Positions 11,999-25,758 of a DNA stretch of 64,000 nucleotides are shown piece by piece (the stretch's first letter is position 1; the number at the start of each line of letters is the position of its first letter). Origin of the DNA: Octopus vulgaris (taxonomy: Eukaryota); assembly GCA_951406725.2 (NCBI GenBank), contig OX597822.1:37758001-37822000 (forward strand), written 5' to 3'. Made by a program: the position numbers and the translations under genes. Below the pieces are notes generated by a model. The model had not been told where the DNA came from. It made no database searches and was given only the letters and a program-made list of their open reading frames with translations.

Positions 11999-12560
11999 GA
12001 AGAGGTGAGAGAAAGATCAACCTTTGCCCGTTGGTTGATCCACCGACTAAAGATGCCATGTAGATTGAGGAACATAGGAGAAACGTTGGAACTGTGGACA
12101 TGCACAGAGATGACTGAAAGGACAGAGAACGTCGAGTGCTCCAGCATGGTCGTAGATGTGAGGATTAAAACAAATTAAAGAATAAATACAAAGCATGGTG
12201 GTGTGTGTATACATGTGTACGCACACTCGTAACTATACATAGATATATATACACACACACATGTATATATGTGTGTGTGTGCGTGTGTGTGTGTATGTAT
12301 ATATATTGATACGTATATATATATATATACACAGTTGCGGCCAAAATGTTCAGAATGGCATTGTTTTCGTCAGAAAAGTAGATATAATTTTTTATCAAAG
12401 TTGTTGTATATTCTATAATTTTCACAGACAATAAATACAATATTATTTGTTATTGTCTGAGATTTTGGTGTAATTTGAGAGGATAATGACTGAAACAGGT
12501 GATAGATACACAGACATAGACATGCACACACAAACACACACAAACACACACAAACAGACA

Positions 12561-12616
<56 letters not shown>

Positions 12617-12629
12617 CACAGATATTGTA

Positions 12630-12823
12630 GGCGCAGGCATGGCTGTGTGGTAAGTAGCTTGCTTCCCAACCACATGATTCCGCGTTCAGTCCCACCGCGT
12701 GGCACTTTGGGCAAGTGTCTTCTACTATTGCCTCGGGCCGACCAAAGCCTTGTCATTGGATTTGGTGAGCGGAAACTGAAAGAAGCCCATCGTGTATATG
12801 TGTATATCTATCTGTGTGTGTGT

Positions 12824-12859
<36 letters not shown>

Positions 12860-13064
12860 GTGTCTGTGTTTGTCCCCCCATCATCGCTTGACAACGGATG
12901 TTGGTGTGTTTATGTCCCTGAAACTTAGCGCTTTGGCAAAAGAGACCGATAGAATAAGTACCAGGCTTACAAAAAATAAGTTCTGGGGTCGATTTGTACG
13001 ACTAAAGGTGGTACTCCAGTATGGCCACAGTCAAATCACTGAAACATGTAAAAGAATAAAAGAA
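12630..13064 (+). mobile_element. tRNA-derived SINE, family A (full length)
   Basis: GGCGCAGGCATGGCTGTGTGGTAAG head, GTTCAGTCCC B box, internal (TG)n, GTAAAAGAA tail. Confidence 0.9.
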
Positions 13065-13703
13065 TATATACATATACATAAACACACACACACACATATA
13101 TATACAGCTATACAATATATACACACGCACACGTATACACACACGCACACGTATACACACACGCACACGTATACACACACACACATATACAGACATATAC
13201 ATATATACACATGCACACACACACATATATACAGACATACACATATATACATTTGCACACACTCACATACACACACATATATATATACGGACATACACAC
13301 ATATAACACATGCACATACCCATATATACACCCTCTCCTTCCTACATATATATGAATGCATAAACAAACATGCAAACATATGCTTTCTCATTCATACGCG
13401 CACACACACACACACACACCCACATACACATACACATCGTATACAGTGATACACACATGTACACATACAAACACATACGCACGAACGTATAGAGACACAC
13501 TAACATATACATACACCGTCATGCAAACACATTCGCACATATATATACTCATACATAAATACACACACACACATGTACTCACATGGATACAAATATATGT
13601 ATGTGTGAACATATATATGTATATATTATGTGTGTATATAAATATGTATATATATATATATTGGTATGTGTGTGTATACATATATATATATATGTGCGCA
13701 CTC

Positions 13704-13750
<47 letters not shown>

Positions 13751-13929
13751 TATACATATATATACATATATATATGTATGTATGTACATGTATATATACA
13801 TACACATACTGGTGTATATATATTTCTGTGTATATATACATATATATTTACTGACACATATACAAGTAAGCACACGCACGTATATACACAAACACAAGCT
13901 AATTAGATTCCCCACCCACAATCTCTTCG

Positions 13930-14983
13930 GCATCACCACCGCCACCACCACTACCACCACCACCACCATCACCACCACTACCACTACCACCACTACCACC
14001 ACTACCACCACCAGTACCAACACCACCACCACCGGCACCACCATACACTACCATCACCACACTTTACCTCTCCCCACCACACACACACACACTTCGTAAA
14101 GTTGTAAGTTTTCTTGCAGTTTTCTTTAACGCAATTAACATCCGTTGCCATCCCTTCCCCCCTCCTCCTCGCCTCCCGCCGTCGCCGTCTTCAGTTCGAC
14201 GCCACTGCAGCCACTACTGCAGTAGCCAACACCACAAACACCACTACAGCTACCAGTACCACAATCATCACTGCCACCGCCATCACCGTAACCAACATCA
14301 CCACTAATACAACTGCCAGCGCCTCCATCACCACGACCACCACCACGACCACCACTGTAACCATTTACGTCATTACCACCACCACCACCACCACCACCAC
14401 CACCACCACCACCACCACCACCACCACCACCACCATGACCATCACCACCTCCTCCACCACGACTCCAACAACAATCACCTCAACCGTCGCCACAACTAAC
14501 ATCTTCGACAACCACAACCGTTAAACACCACCACCACCACCACCACCACCACCACCACCACTACCACCACCACAATAGCAATAAATACCACTACGACCAC
14601 TTCCGCATCGACAGCAATCACCACTACAACTATCACAACAACCACCGTTACCACTATTACAACAACCACCGATACTGCAGCCACCTCTAACGCTACCACC
14701 ACCACCACAACCACAACAACAATCAACATTGCAGCCACGTCTGCAAACACAGCCACTACCACCGAAACTGCAACCGCGACAACCACCACTACCATTACCA
14801 CCGTCGCTGCTGCAGCTGCTACTACAAAACGAACAGCAGCAGCAGCAACAACAACAACAACACTACGAACGGCCACCGCTGTCACCAACACCACCATGAC
14901 CTCCATCAACACCACCACAGCTACTACTACTACTACTACTGCTGCTGCTACTACTGCTGTTGCTGCTGCTGCTGCTGCTGCTG

Positions 14984-15040
<57 letters not shown>

Positions 15041-15120
15041 ATCCCAGCACGGTGACCACTACCATTTACAAGAAACGCCAACACTATCACCGCCACCACG
15101 ACCAACACCAACAAGTCAAC
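13930..15120. repeat. Degenerate (ACC)n/(ACT)n/(GCT)n trinucleotide region
   Basis: Directly visible; source of the poly-Thr and poly-Val ORFs. Confidence 0.9.
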
Positions 15121-15265
15121 GTGCGATCCTTTGTGCTTGCGCCTGCCCCATCACCGACCGCTTGACAACCGGTGTTGGTTTATTTACGCCCACGCAACTT
15201 AGCTGTCCAGTATAAGAGAACGATAGAATAAAGAACATATTTTATACACATATACTGACATACAG

Positions 15266-15608
15266 TGAGGTGCAATGACCCAGTGGTTAGGGCAGCGGAC
15301 TCGCGGTCGTAGGATCGCGGGCGTTGTGAGTGTTTATTGAGCAAAAAACACCTAAAGTGCCACGAGGCTCCCGCAGGGGGTGGTAGCGAACCCTGCTCTA
15401 CTCTTTCACCACACCTTTCTCTCACTCTTTCTTCCAGGTTCTGTTGTACCTGTATTTCAATGGGCCAGTCTTGTCACACTCTGTATCACGCTGAATCTCC
15501 CCTGAGAACTACGTTAAGGGTATACGTGTCTCTGGAGTGCTCAGCCACTTGCACATTAATTTCACGAGCAGGCTGTTCAGTTGATCGGATCAACAGAACA
15601 ACGGAGTT
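15266..15608 (+). mobile_element. tRNA-derived SINE, family C
   Basis: Homologous over its length to 48256-48624(-). Confidence 0.85.
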
Positions 15609-15842
15609 CCACGATACAGATATATACTAGTATAGGCGCAGACGTTGCTGTGTGGTAAGAAGCCAGCTTCCCAAACACATGGTTCTCGGTTCAGTCTCAC
15701 TGCGTTGCATCTTGCGCAAGTGTCTTCTACTATAGCCTCGGGCCAACAAAAGCCCAGTGAGTGGTTTTGGTAGACGGAAAATGAAAGAAGTCCGTCGTGT
15801 GTGTATGTGCGTGCGTGTGTGTATGTGCGTGCGTGTGTGTGC

Positions 15843-15920
<78 letters not shown>

Positions 15921-16085
15921 CAGAGTAAGGCACACATAAATCCGAAATAAGGTGGAAAAAATAGTACTCGAATACGGGAGGTAGAGTAATATGCTTTATT
16001 ACTAATGCTGCAAGAATATCACAAAACTGCAACTCGAAGTTTCACGTTCCTGTTCGTCGGACAGTTTTGATTGAGATTCTCAATC

Positions 16086-16131
16086 AAAACTGTCTGACGA
16101 ACGGGCACGTGAAACTCTGAGTAACAGTTTT
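16086..16131 (+). ncRNA. Minimal type I hammerhead ribozyme with canonical core
   Basis: aaaactgt CTGACGA acg-ggca-cgt GAAA ctc-t-gag TA acagtttt. 8-bp stem I; predicted cleavage after 16123. Confidence 0.75.
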
Positions 16132-16167
16132 GTGATATTTTTATGTTTTTGCAACTTTAATTATAAA

Positions 16168-16246
<79 letters not shown>

Positions 16247-16440
16247 GCGAAGATATCATGGACTCTATTATTATCTCGTGTAATAGAGTCCATGATATCT
16301 TCGCAAATTATTTATCTCGTGAATTATTTGCTCCGTATTAAAATTATTTTCAAACTGGTGGCTGCCATGATTCGGCGCAAAACGAATCAGTTGCAACGCA
16401 GACTTCAGTGTGACGGGTTGGAGCTCTTTATCATGGTAAC

Positions 16441-16491
16441 GCGTGTTGAGGAAGGTGAGGCTATTATGCCAGTCCAGAAACCGGTCCACGT
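16441..16491 (+). ncRNA. Type I hammerhead-like motif (U3 variant)
   Basis: gcgtg TTGAGGA ...ggc-tattat-gcc... GAAA ccgg TC cacgt. Confidence 0.5.
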
Positions 16492-16865
16492 GAGTCCAAA
16501 TATTTGAATGTCTTAGCTCGTTTGCCTTCGGACGGTTGATTTCTGTAGTTATTATCAGTGTATTTTGGAGATTTAAAGAATAGTTTTGACTGTTATTTCT
16601 AGCGGGTAGACATACTTAGTATGTCCTTTGATTAATTAATTATAATCCTTCAGTTATATATATACAAAATTAAGAGGAATGACCACTAAAGTGGACACCT
16701 ATTGTCATTCCTCTTAATTTTGTATGTAACACAATTTTTAATCTTCGGATTTTTTAAATATGCTAAGCCACTGGTTTTAATTGATTAATATCAATTTCTA
16801 CCCTTATTATTTAATTTTATGTATGTATGTATGTATGTATGTATGTATGTATGTATGTATGTATG

Positions 16866-16938
<73 letters not shown>

Positions 16939-17094
16939 TCAAAATAAGCAACAAGAATGACTCCGGTAATTTGGTACGATCGTTTCGTACTACATCATTT
17001 TATTAAATGTTGTAAGTATTACAACAGTTTTAAAATGCTGTAGTACGAAACGATCGTACCAAATTACCGGAGTCATTCTTGTTGCTTATTTTGA
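16939..17094. repeat. Hairpin with perfect 56-bp arms and self-complementary centre
   Basis: Arms at 16939-16994 and 17039-17094; centre tgttgtaa-gta-ttacaaca. Confidence 0.95.
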
Positions 17095-17192
17095 TTATAA
17101 TCACCCCACGGATTTATATGGATAACACCACACAGAATTCTGGTGCATCTAAATTAAGTACCATATTCATTTGAATCTAACTTTTTGCTGAG

Positions 17193-17403
<211 letters not shown>

Positions 17404-18009
17404 GAGTGTATCTTTCTGTCTGTGTTTGTCCTCCTACCACTGCTTGACAACAGAGATCAATAGATTAAGTTCTAGGCTTTTTCAAAAAAAGTACTGGGGT
17501 CGACTAAAAATTCTTCAAGGTGGTGCCCCAGCATGGTCGCAGTCTAGAAACTGAAACAAGTAAAAAAATAAAAGAATCTGCATGTTGCCAAAAATACCTA
17601 GTATGGAATCGATATTTCCTTGTCGTTTATCAGATTCTTTTGAATGTCCATGTTTAAATATGTTGTAAACTGTAAGACATATCTTCTTATGATATCTTGC
17701 AAATATCTATAGCATCACTACACCTTTTGTTATTTACTGCAACCAGCTACAAGCAAATAGCGAGATGCGTTATAATAGAACGAAGCAGAACCGAGTTTAT
17801 TGAGCGAGGTACATTTTGAAAAGTTACCTGACGGGACAAATCTGCACCGAAAGATGCACCACAAACAGTTGTACAGTATCTCATCCACGAAGGACCGATG
17901 CAGGATGGGTCGAAACGATCGTCGTGATTAATAACGAATCTCGTGAAATCCATTTTCTGTTTCTCATACGCACACGTACACGCACACACTCAATATACAC
18001 ACACACACA

Positions 18010-19300
18010 AAAGGTCGATGGGTAAACTGACGCCATTTTATATTTTTAATTTCGCGCATCCGCATTGTTTGGTTTGGATTTTGTCGACTACACAGTATAG
18101 TAGGGTCAGTTGGGCATCGTCCGTGAGAAAAACAGCACCATGATGCAATTCATTCTGCCAGAAATTTGGAAACATGTTGTTCTGTTTGGCATTCCCGCCG
18201 GAAGCTACAATACGAACATTTCAGCGTGCTTGGGTGTCAATCTGAGGACAGTGCAGAGGATTCGGAAAGAGTTGGATGACTCTAATGGTGATTACGAAGG
18301 TACGACAACTCGGAAAACTGACTGTGATCGTTCTCATAAGAAAAGAACTCCTGAATTTGTTGGTGAGATCCAGGCCATGAGTGCCAATCATCCCCCCAAG
18401 TCAATCGGGTCCATCGCCAGGGACATGGGAGTGTCTGAGTTTCTTTTCCGGCAGGTAGTGCATGAAGACATTCGGTATTCCTCATACAAGATGAAACAGG
18501 GTCAATTTTTATCGCAAGCCATAAGGGACAAGAGGTAAGACTAATTGCGGTACGAAGTTTTTGAACAAACTCAAGCATCCCCTCCAACCGAACATGCTCT
18601 GGTTTTTCTGAGACGAAAAAAGATTTTGCCAGGATCAGGTAGTGAACATACAGAACAACCGCTGGCTTGCCGTGTCCTCAAAACATGTACCGAGAGTGAT
18701 AAAAATCAAACATCCAGTCAACATCATGGTGTTTGGAGTGATCACTATGATGGTGACGCTATGCCTCCAGTCATCTTTCCACACGGCTTCACACTCAACA
18801 CATCAAATGCCTGGAGGAGATAATACTGGCTTGGGCCAAGAGGGTGGCAGCTGGAAGACCCTGTGTCTGGCAACAGGACTCTGCACCAAGTCACATAAGC
18901 AGGAGAACCCAGTGACGGCTATCAAGCAATTTCTGCACCACATCACCCCTAACATCTGGGCATCTAACTCCACAGACTGCGACCCCCTTGATTATTATTT
19001 GCAGGGCGCAGTTGAAAGAGACACCAACAAAACTCCTACTATACCCAAAGATAAACTGAAGGCAAGGATTCACCAACTTAAACAAGGAGACCGCCCAGAA
19101 GAGTTGCAGGTGATTTCGAAGTCGTCTGGAGGCCGTGGTTGAAGCTAATGGCGATTTTATTGAATAAATTTACTCTTTAGTACTTCAAGATATTTTAATG
19201 TAATTTTTATGTAATTTTGGTAAACATATACGTTAAAAAGAGATGTCAGTGTTATCTTCATTTGTTTTGTAATTTAAACGACAATTTATTAACCGCACCC
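18010..19300 (+). mobile_element. Decayed Tc1/mariner-superfamily DD37D (maT-type) transposon
   Basis: HTH region (LGVNLRTVQRIRK; SIARDMGVSE), then F-[S]DEK, NIMVFGVIT and QQDSAPSH...WASNSTDCDPLDY with 37 residues between D2 and D3 after one frameshift repair. Right end ...ttaaccgcaccc-TA. Confidence 0.85.
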
Positions 19301-20161
19301 TATATATATATATATATATATACATATATACACATACATACATACATACATACACACACATACACACACACATACACACACATACATACATACATACATA
19401 CATACATACGCATATACATACAGACACATATACACACATACACACACACATACACACACATATATATACATACATACACACACATACACACATACACATG
19501 CACACATACATACATACACACACACATACATACACTACATACATAGATACATACATACATACACACACACATACATATACATACATACGTACACACACGC
19601 ACATACACACATACACACATGCATAAATACATACATACACACATACACACATACATACATACATACATACATACATACACACATATAAACATATAAACAC
19701 ACATATAAGCCTCTACATTGTACACACACGCACACATATATACATACATTCACTCGCACGCACGTACACACACACACACACATTTACATATATATACTAT
19801 ACACGCACACACACATACACACGTACAAACACACACAAACTCACATACACACCGACAGATATACATACACAATATACACCTATCCGCGCACGCACACATA
19901 CACATAAACACATACAAACGCACACATACACGCACACACATACACGTACATACATACACACTCACACAAATGAACCCACACATACATCCCTACACACACA
20001 CACGCACGTACAAGCACAGACGCACACATACACTAGGTTAAGCAGTTACTCGCCACACACCCACACTCTACGCATACACACACGAACACACACATGCACA
20101 CACACACACTACAAACAACACACACACATGATACATATACTTACACGCACACACATATATA

Positions 20162-20262
20162 CCCCTTTGTTTTCTGACCTGGCTTTGACCTGGCTGGATA
20201 CAAACAAGCTAGCTGTCATAAAGAGTGCCTTATGACAGCTAACTTGCCATGCTTTATTCACC
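20162..20262. promoter_or_regulatory. Candidate cis-regulatory island (DR5 plus inverted TTATGACAG pair)
   Basis: TGACCT-ggctt-TGACCT at 20175-20191. tagctgtcataa-N8-ttatgacagcta at 20210-20241. Unique sequence between (CA)n tracts. Confidence 0.35.
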
Positions 20263-20477
20263 ATACATACACACACACACACGCACGCACGCACAAACAC
20301 ACTTGTCATCCTTGCACACACCCACACACACACGCACCCACACACACTCCTTTTTTTGAAAACTCATGATTCGTCTACCTCTCAACTTCTGTTCTTTCAA
20401 CATGTGATCTCTTGAGCACCACCAGCAAAATTATTTTTTTCCTCTGTCTTCCCTTCTTGGGATCTTTCCTTCTCCTT

Positions 20478-20512
20478 GTTTCCGACGAAGAGCTCCGCTC
20501 GAAACGTTAAAC
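20478..20512 (+). ncRNA. Minimal type I hammerhead-like motif (U4C) in PLE-terminus-like insert ending at (TA)n (20608)
   Basis: gttt CCGACGA a gagc-tcc-gctc GAAA cg TT aaac. The downstream tail recurs at 35884-35981, again ending at (TA)n. Confidence 0.6.
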
Positions 20513-20603
20513 CCTCCTTCCCTTCTTTCCTGAGCGTCAAATAATACTTTAATTGTTCCACGTCCTCGCGTTGCTGTTTTTTTCTGTGTTTTCTTGTTTG
20601 GAT

Positions 20604-20666
<63 letters not shown>

Positions 20667-20815
20667 TAACCGCACCCTATATATATATATATGTATATAT
20701 ATACATACATACATATATATATAATAATAATAATAATAATATTAGGGAAAAACTTATTATTCCACGTAACAGGTCAAATTCAGTATAATAATATTAGACC
20801 GAATTTCGTAATACA

Positions 20816-21723
20816 TCTATATATATAAAAGTGAAGCTGTGTGAGTGTCTGTCTCCTACGATTTAGATTCCTAACTACTCCCACATTTTGCGGTGCAGTT
20901 TAACCAAATTCGGGTATCTTATAGTCGTGATTCATATCGAGCCCGTCTGGGTATTAGCGCGCGTCTACGATGAGTCTACGATTTTAAAAATAATTTACCA
21001 TAATTTTTTTCCATTTTAACGCATATTTTTTGTGTGTCGATGGCGGCGGAGTTGGCGTCCATGCTCACACCTGCACCTGTGTTGCTTCTCCCCCTTCTTC
21101 CCTCCCTCATGAAGCTGTGGGGAAGGGAGTGTAAGGAAATCAACGTCGTAAAGCGTTGTCAAGGAGACCAGCGTTCTTTTAGGACAACGACTTCATGGCT
21201 TGAAGTCGCCAAAACAGAAATTGCTAAAAAAGCTGAAACAGATCCACAAAAACGGCAAAAACCGCCACACAGGGCAGGTTTCCTGTGCAAACAATTTGCA
21301 CAACCGAATGTTTTAGTTGTTGCACAAATCTTTATATATAAAAGTGAAGTTGTGTGTTTGTCTCCTACGATTTAGATTCCTAACTACTCCCACATTTTGC
21401 GGTGCAGTTTAACCAAAAGCGGGTATCTTATAGTCGTGATTCATATCGAGCCCTTCTGGGTATTAGCGCGCGTCTACGATGAGTCTACGATTTAAAAAAA
21501 ATTTACCATAATTTTTTCCATTTTAATGCATTTTTTCGCTATTATATAAGGGAAGTAACTCTCTAAAAATGTCTACGATGAGTCAACGATTTAAAAAAAA
21601 ATTACCATCATTTTTTATTCCATTTTTAATGCATTTTTTGCTATGTTTTTGCTATAACTCACTAAAAATGCTTATATAGTTATTTCCCTTACAAACCCGA
21701 GCAACGCCGGGCGATACTGCTAG
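20816..21723 (+). mobile_element. Non-autonomous Helitron with internal duplication of its 5' part
   Basis: A|TC 5' end; subterminal hairpin cccg-agcaacgc-cggg; CTAG|T 3' end; second 5' end at about 21329. Confidence 0.85.
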
Positions 21724-22070
21724 TATATAATACATGTGTATAACTAATTTAGAGACGAACCACCATTCCACAACTCAGTCAATTAAGAACGCGTCTCTAA
21801 ATTAGTTATATATATTTATATATATATATATCTTTTACTTTATCTTTTACTTATTTCCGTCATTGGCTGCAGCCATGAAAGATATTGCCTTGAAAGGTGT
21901 AGTCGTGTGTGTGTGCACGTGTGTGTGTGTTTGTGGTTGTGTGTGTGTGTGTGTTTGTCCCCCTACTACCGTTTGGCAACCGGTATTGGTGTGTTTACGT
22001 TCCTGTAACTTAGCGGTTCGGCAAAAAGAGACCGATTGAATAAGAACCACACTTTAAATAAATAGATAAG

Positions 22071-22109
<39 letters not shown>

Positions 22110-22252
22110 AAGTAATGGGTCGATTTATTCGACTCAAAATTCTTCAAGGCGGTGCTCCAGCATGGTCGTAGTCTAATGGCTAGAACAAGTAAAACAGAAG
22201 AATAGTAAACAAACCTTCTGTAAGTATGAAGACAATAATGAACATGCACATA

Positions 22253-22660
22253 GGCGCAGGAGTGGCAGTGTGGTAAGTAGCTTGTTTACCAACCACATGG
22301 TTCCGGGTTCAGTGCCACTGCGTGGCACCTTGGGCAAGTGTCTTCTACTATAGCCTCGGGCCGACCAAAGCCTTGTGAGTGGATTTGGTAGACGGAAACT
22401 GAAAGAAGCCCGTCGTATATATGTATATATATGTATGCGTGTGTGTGTTTGTGTGTCTGTGTTTGTCCCCCTAGCATTGCTTGACAACCGATGCTGGTGT
22501 GTTTATGTCCCCGTTACTTAGCAGTTCGGCAAAAGAGACCGATAGAATAAGTTCTGGGTTTACAAAAGAATAAGTCCTGGGGTCGAGTTGCTCGATTAAA
22601 GGCGGTGCTCCAGCATGGCCGCAGTCAAATGACTGAAACAAGTAAAAGAGAAATAAAAGA
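22253..22660 (+). mobile_element. tRNA-derived SINE, family A (full length); a further 3' half at about 21950-22203
   Basis: Family A head, core and tail. Confidence 0.9.
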
Positions 22661-22875
22661 GATGATTTAACTAAATTCTCGAAACCAAAATGTCGAAGCA
22701 TAAATAGGAAGCGAGTTATTTGACCTTTTCAACCGGCTATATCCGGATCAAATATTCTGCCTGTTTTATGTTCAAACTGGCCAAATACGGCCTTTCACAC
22801 CTACCTTGTAATATCATTGAAAAAATAAACAATCACATCATCAAAATCCCAAAGCTACGAGATAATATGTGATGA

Positions 22876-23050
22876 TCCGTGGAATAAGCTGCCGGACGAG
22901 ATAGCGAAGATGCCGACGACCGCTCGGTTCAAAGTCTCTCTTTACCAGAAATGGCCTGAACTCTTTGCATGAACACTCTCCCTGTACATAACTCCATGTC
23001 CCCCTACATGGCCTTGCTTTTTGCTTTTTGAGCCAACTTAACTTAACTTA
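22876..23050 (+). mobile_element. CR1/L2-type LINE 3' end inserted in a probable MITE (about 22720-23115)
   Basis: PWNKLPDEIAKMPTTARFKVSLYQKWPELFA*, then stem-loop ccatgt/acatgg and (ACTTA)n tail. Confidence 0.65.
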
Positions 23051-23329
23051 ATTCAAAGCAATGTGAATAAATAAACCGTTAATTATGACAGTAATCTGAA
23101 TGTTAATGAGTTAAATTTTTCTTTCTCACAACTAACGGAGCGTGAGGTGCTTCTCACGAATCTTTGTTCGGGAGATGGTTGTGATCTGTAAACATTTTTG
23201 TGTAGGAATTGGAAAAGAAAGTATGAACATGGAATGCGCATATGCACACTACATTCATAAAAGAGAAGAATGAAAACGCAGTGCGCATGTCAAAATTATA
23301 CGGAAGAGAAGAGTAAAAACATGATGTCA

Positions 23330-23790
23330 AGCAAACAATATGATAGTGTGCGTGCCACGTCTGATACCGGTTTCACGCAGTTTTGCTGCAATTTTCTGAA
23401 TGCAAATAGAACTGAAGATTCATTTTACTACATGATCTGGCATATTGATATAAAGTAATGCATGAATCAAGGCTTTCTTGCAAGTTAAACAGCTATTTTC
23501 ATATCAAACCTGCCTGTTTTCAAGGAAAAGATTCAAATTATTTTAAGATTGCTTAAACATAAGTGACAAATATTTTTAAAAGTATTATAACAGGTTTGAG
23601 AAAAAACTGAAATTTCTTCTTATGAAGTATCTAAAGTGGCTGCATAAAAAATATTTTTAAATGCTGTCTCATACCTTGGTGGAGTCAGTTATTTTGCCTG
23701 TATGCGGATTCTTAAGGTATTGTTAAGAAATAAGTAAAATTGAATAATGATACAATTCATAGACTTCTTTGAGAATTGAGAAAAATTTTT
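23330..23790 (+). pseudogene. Highly decayed hAT transposase N-terminal remnant
   Basis: Fragments SYEVSKV, HTLVESVILPVC and LNNDTIHR are colinear with the hAT remnant at 60125-61470. Confidence 0.5.
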
Positions 23791-24311
23791 CTGATATTGG
23801 GATAAATGTATGCTGTATTGGGTTTTAACATTTAGATTTAGGTTTGCTAGTTGACAACCGGTGTTGATCTTTTACGTCTGTAACTTAGCGGTTTGGCAAA
23901 AGTTATCGATAGAATAAGTACTTAAAAATGAACTGGAACAGATTTGTTCGAGTAAAACCCTGAAGGCGGTGCCTCAGCATGGCCGCAGTCCAACGACAAG
24001 TAAAAAATAAAAAGTGAAGGTATTATAGTCGAGATTCTGATAATTCTAGAAGAGAAATTGAGCTTTTATTTTCAATCATTAAAAATATCGATTGGATTCG
24101 AAACCCTTCCATAGAAGTTACAACCTGATGTTTGCATTTATCTGAAGAATTGGCTCCTGTATCCTTAAAAATGAAATACACAATAAATGAATAAAAAAAT
24201 ATTTGTATATAACCACATATACATTTATAGGTATACATACAATTATATATATATATATATGTACGTATTTATATATGTATATATACCAATCTATCTTTAT
24301 ATATACATACT

Positions 24312-24355
<44 letters not shown>

Positions 24356-24371
24356 CATATATATAAATACA

Positions 24372-24411
<40 letters not shown>

Positions 24412-24492
24412 TATACATACATATATATATATATATACATACATATAAATATACATGTATATAAATACATATATATACATACATATGTATAT

Positions 24493-24524
<32 letters not shown>

Positions 24525-24971
24525 CTAAAAATGAAATTAGATACATAGATGAAATGAAGATCAATAGAAAAATATGTGAAAAATGAATGAAAAAGTTAAT
24601 AAATACATAAAGAGAGGTAGAGGACGGAAAAGACGGTAGAAGAAACAAGAAGTGTATAAAAAGGAGTTTAAGGAAGGGAAGTTGGCAGGGAGAATGAATT
24701 GTAGTGGTTAGTATTTTCTTAGGACTTTTGAAATTTGAAAATGAGTGTATGTTCGCGACGGAGTCGAAAGTCTGAGAAATAGCTGCGTCGAGTTCAAAGA
24801 AACGTTGCATAGAAATCCGTAAAGTGGAAATGGCATGGGGAGTAGATAGACAGCCGACAACCGATGAAGGGTCATTCTTTGTATTACTTGTCCCTTTTTC
24901 TCACTCGTTATTTGCGTATTTAACTCATTTGTTTTCGTATTTCATGTTGTTTACTGTTGGTGACGTCCTGT

Positions 24972-25019
<48 letters not shown>

Positions 25020-25032
<13 letters not shown>

Positions 25033-25450
25033 TGAGAATATGTGTCTGTCTGTCTGTGTGAATCCCTAAAACTTGAGAACTACACAACCAATTTCATTCA
25101 AATTTTACACATGCCTTACTTAGAGTCCAGGGAGTGTCATGGGCAAAAAACTTGTAACTTCTTGCCTAGGGCGAGCCCACAGCAATATCATATCTTCTCC
25201 ACTATTTCAGTATTACGTGTTAAAAGTGAAACAAAAACATCTCTTTATTGTAATGTCAGATACTTTCACTTTAATATTGAAACTATTAAAGTCAAACTAT
25301 TATATAAGAGGGATGAACCATTAACAGTGGACATCCATTTTGCTAGAAGAAGATCCACTATGGTCTTATATGCTACACCACTGGTTTTCAATTCATATTA
25401 ATCAAATTAATATTCAATTTCTCAACCTTATTATTTTAAATTTAAATTTA
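25020..25450 (+). mobile_element. Helitron-like 5' fragment
   Basis: (TA)n-AAAACTGAG..TGTCTGTCTG..ccaatttcattcaaattt resembles the 5' ends of the other Helitrons here; no 3' end seen. Confidence 0.45.
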
Positions 25451-25509
25451 AACCCAGGACCATGTGTTTTGGAACGAAGTTTGTTACCACACAGTCACAC
25501 CTGCACCTA

Positions 25510-25547
<38 letters not shown>

Positions 25548-25596
25548 TATAGCTGTATATGTATACATTTATTTCTATACATATAGATGTATATGT

Positions 25597-25673
<77 letters not shown>

Positions 25674-25758
25674 TAGATAGATAGATGTACATGTAATATG
25701 TACACATATATATTCACATATATACATGCATACATATATACATCCATACACACACACA

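Noticed and set aside
12630-12710. tRNA genes at SINE heads
   Set aside because: A/B boxes are present, but each continues into a shared SINE body and lacks a complete cloverleaf and terminator.
14114-14524. Thr-rich mucin-like ORFs (also 41373-41930 and 34714-35409)
   Set aside because: Degenerate (ACC)n tracts are open in several frames on both strands; no signal peptide or flanking exons were recognised.
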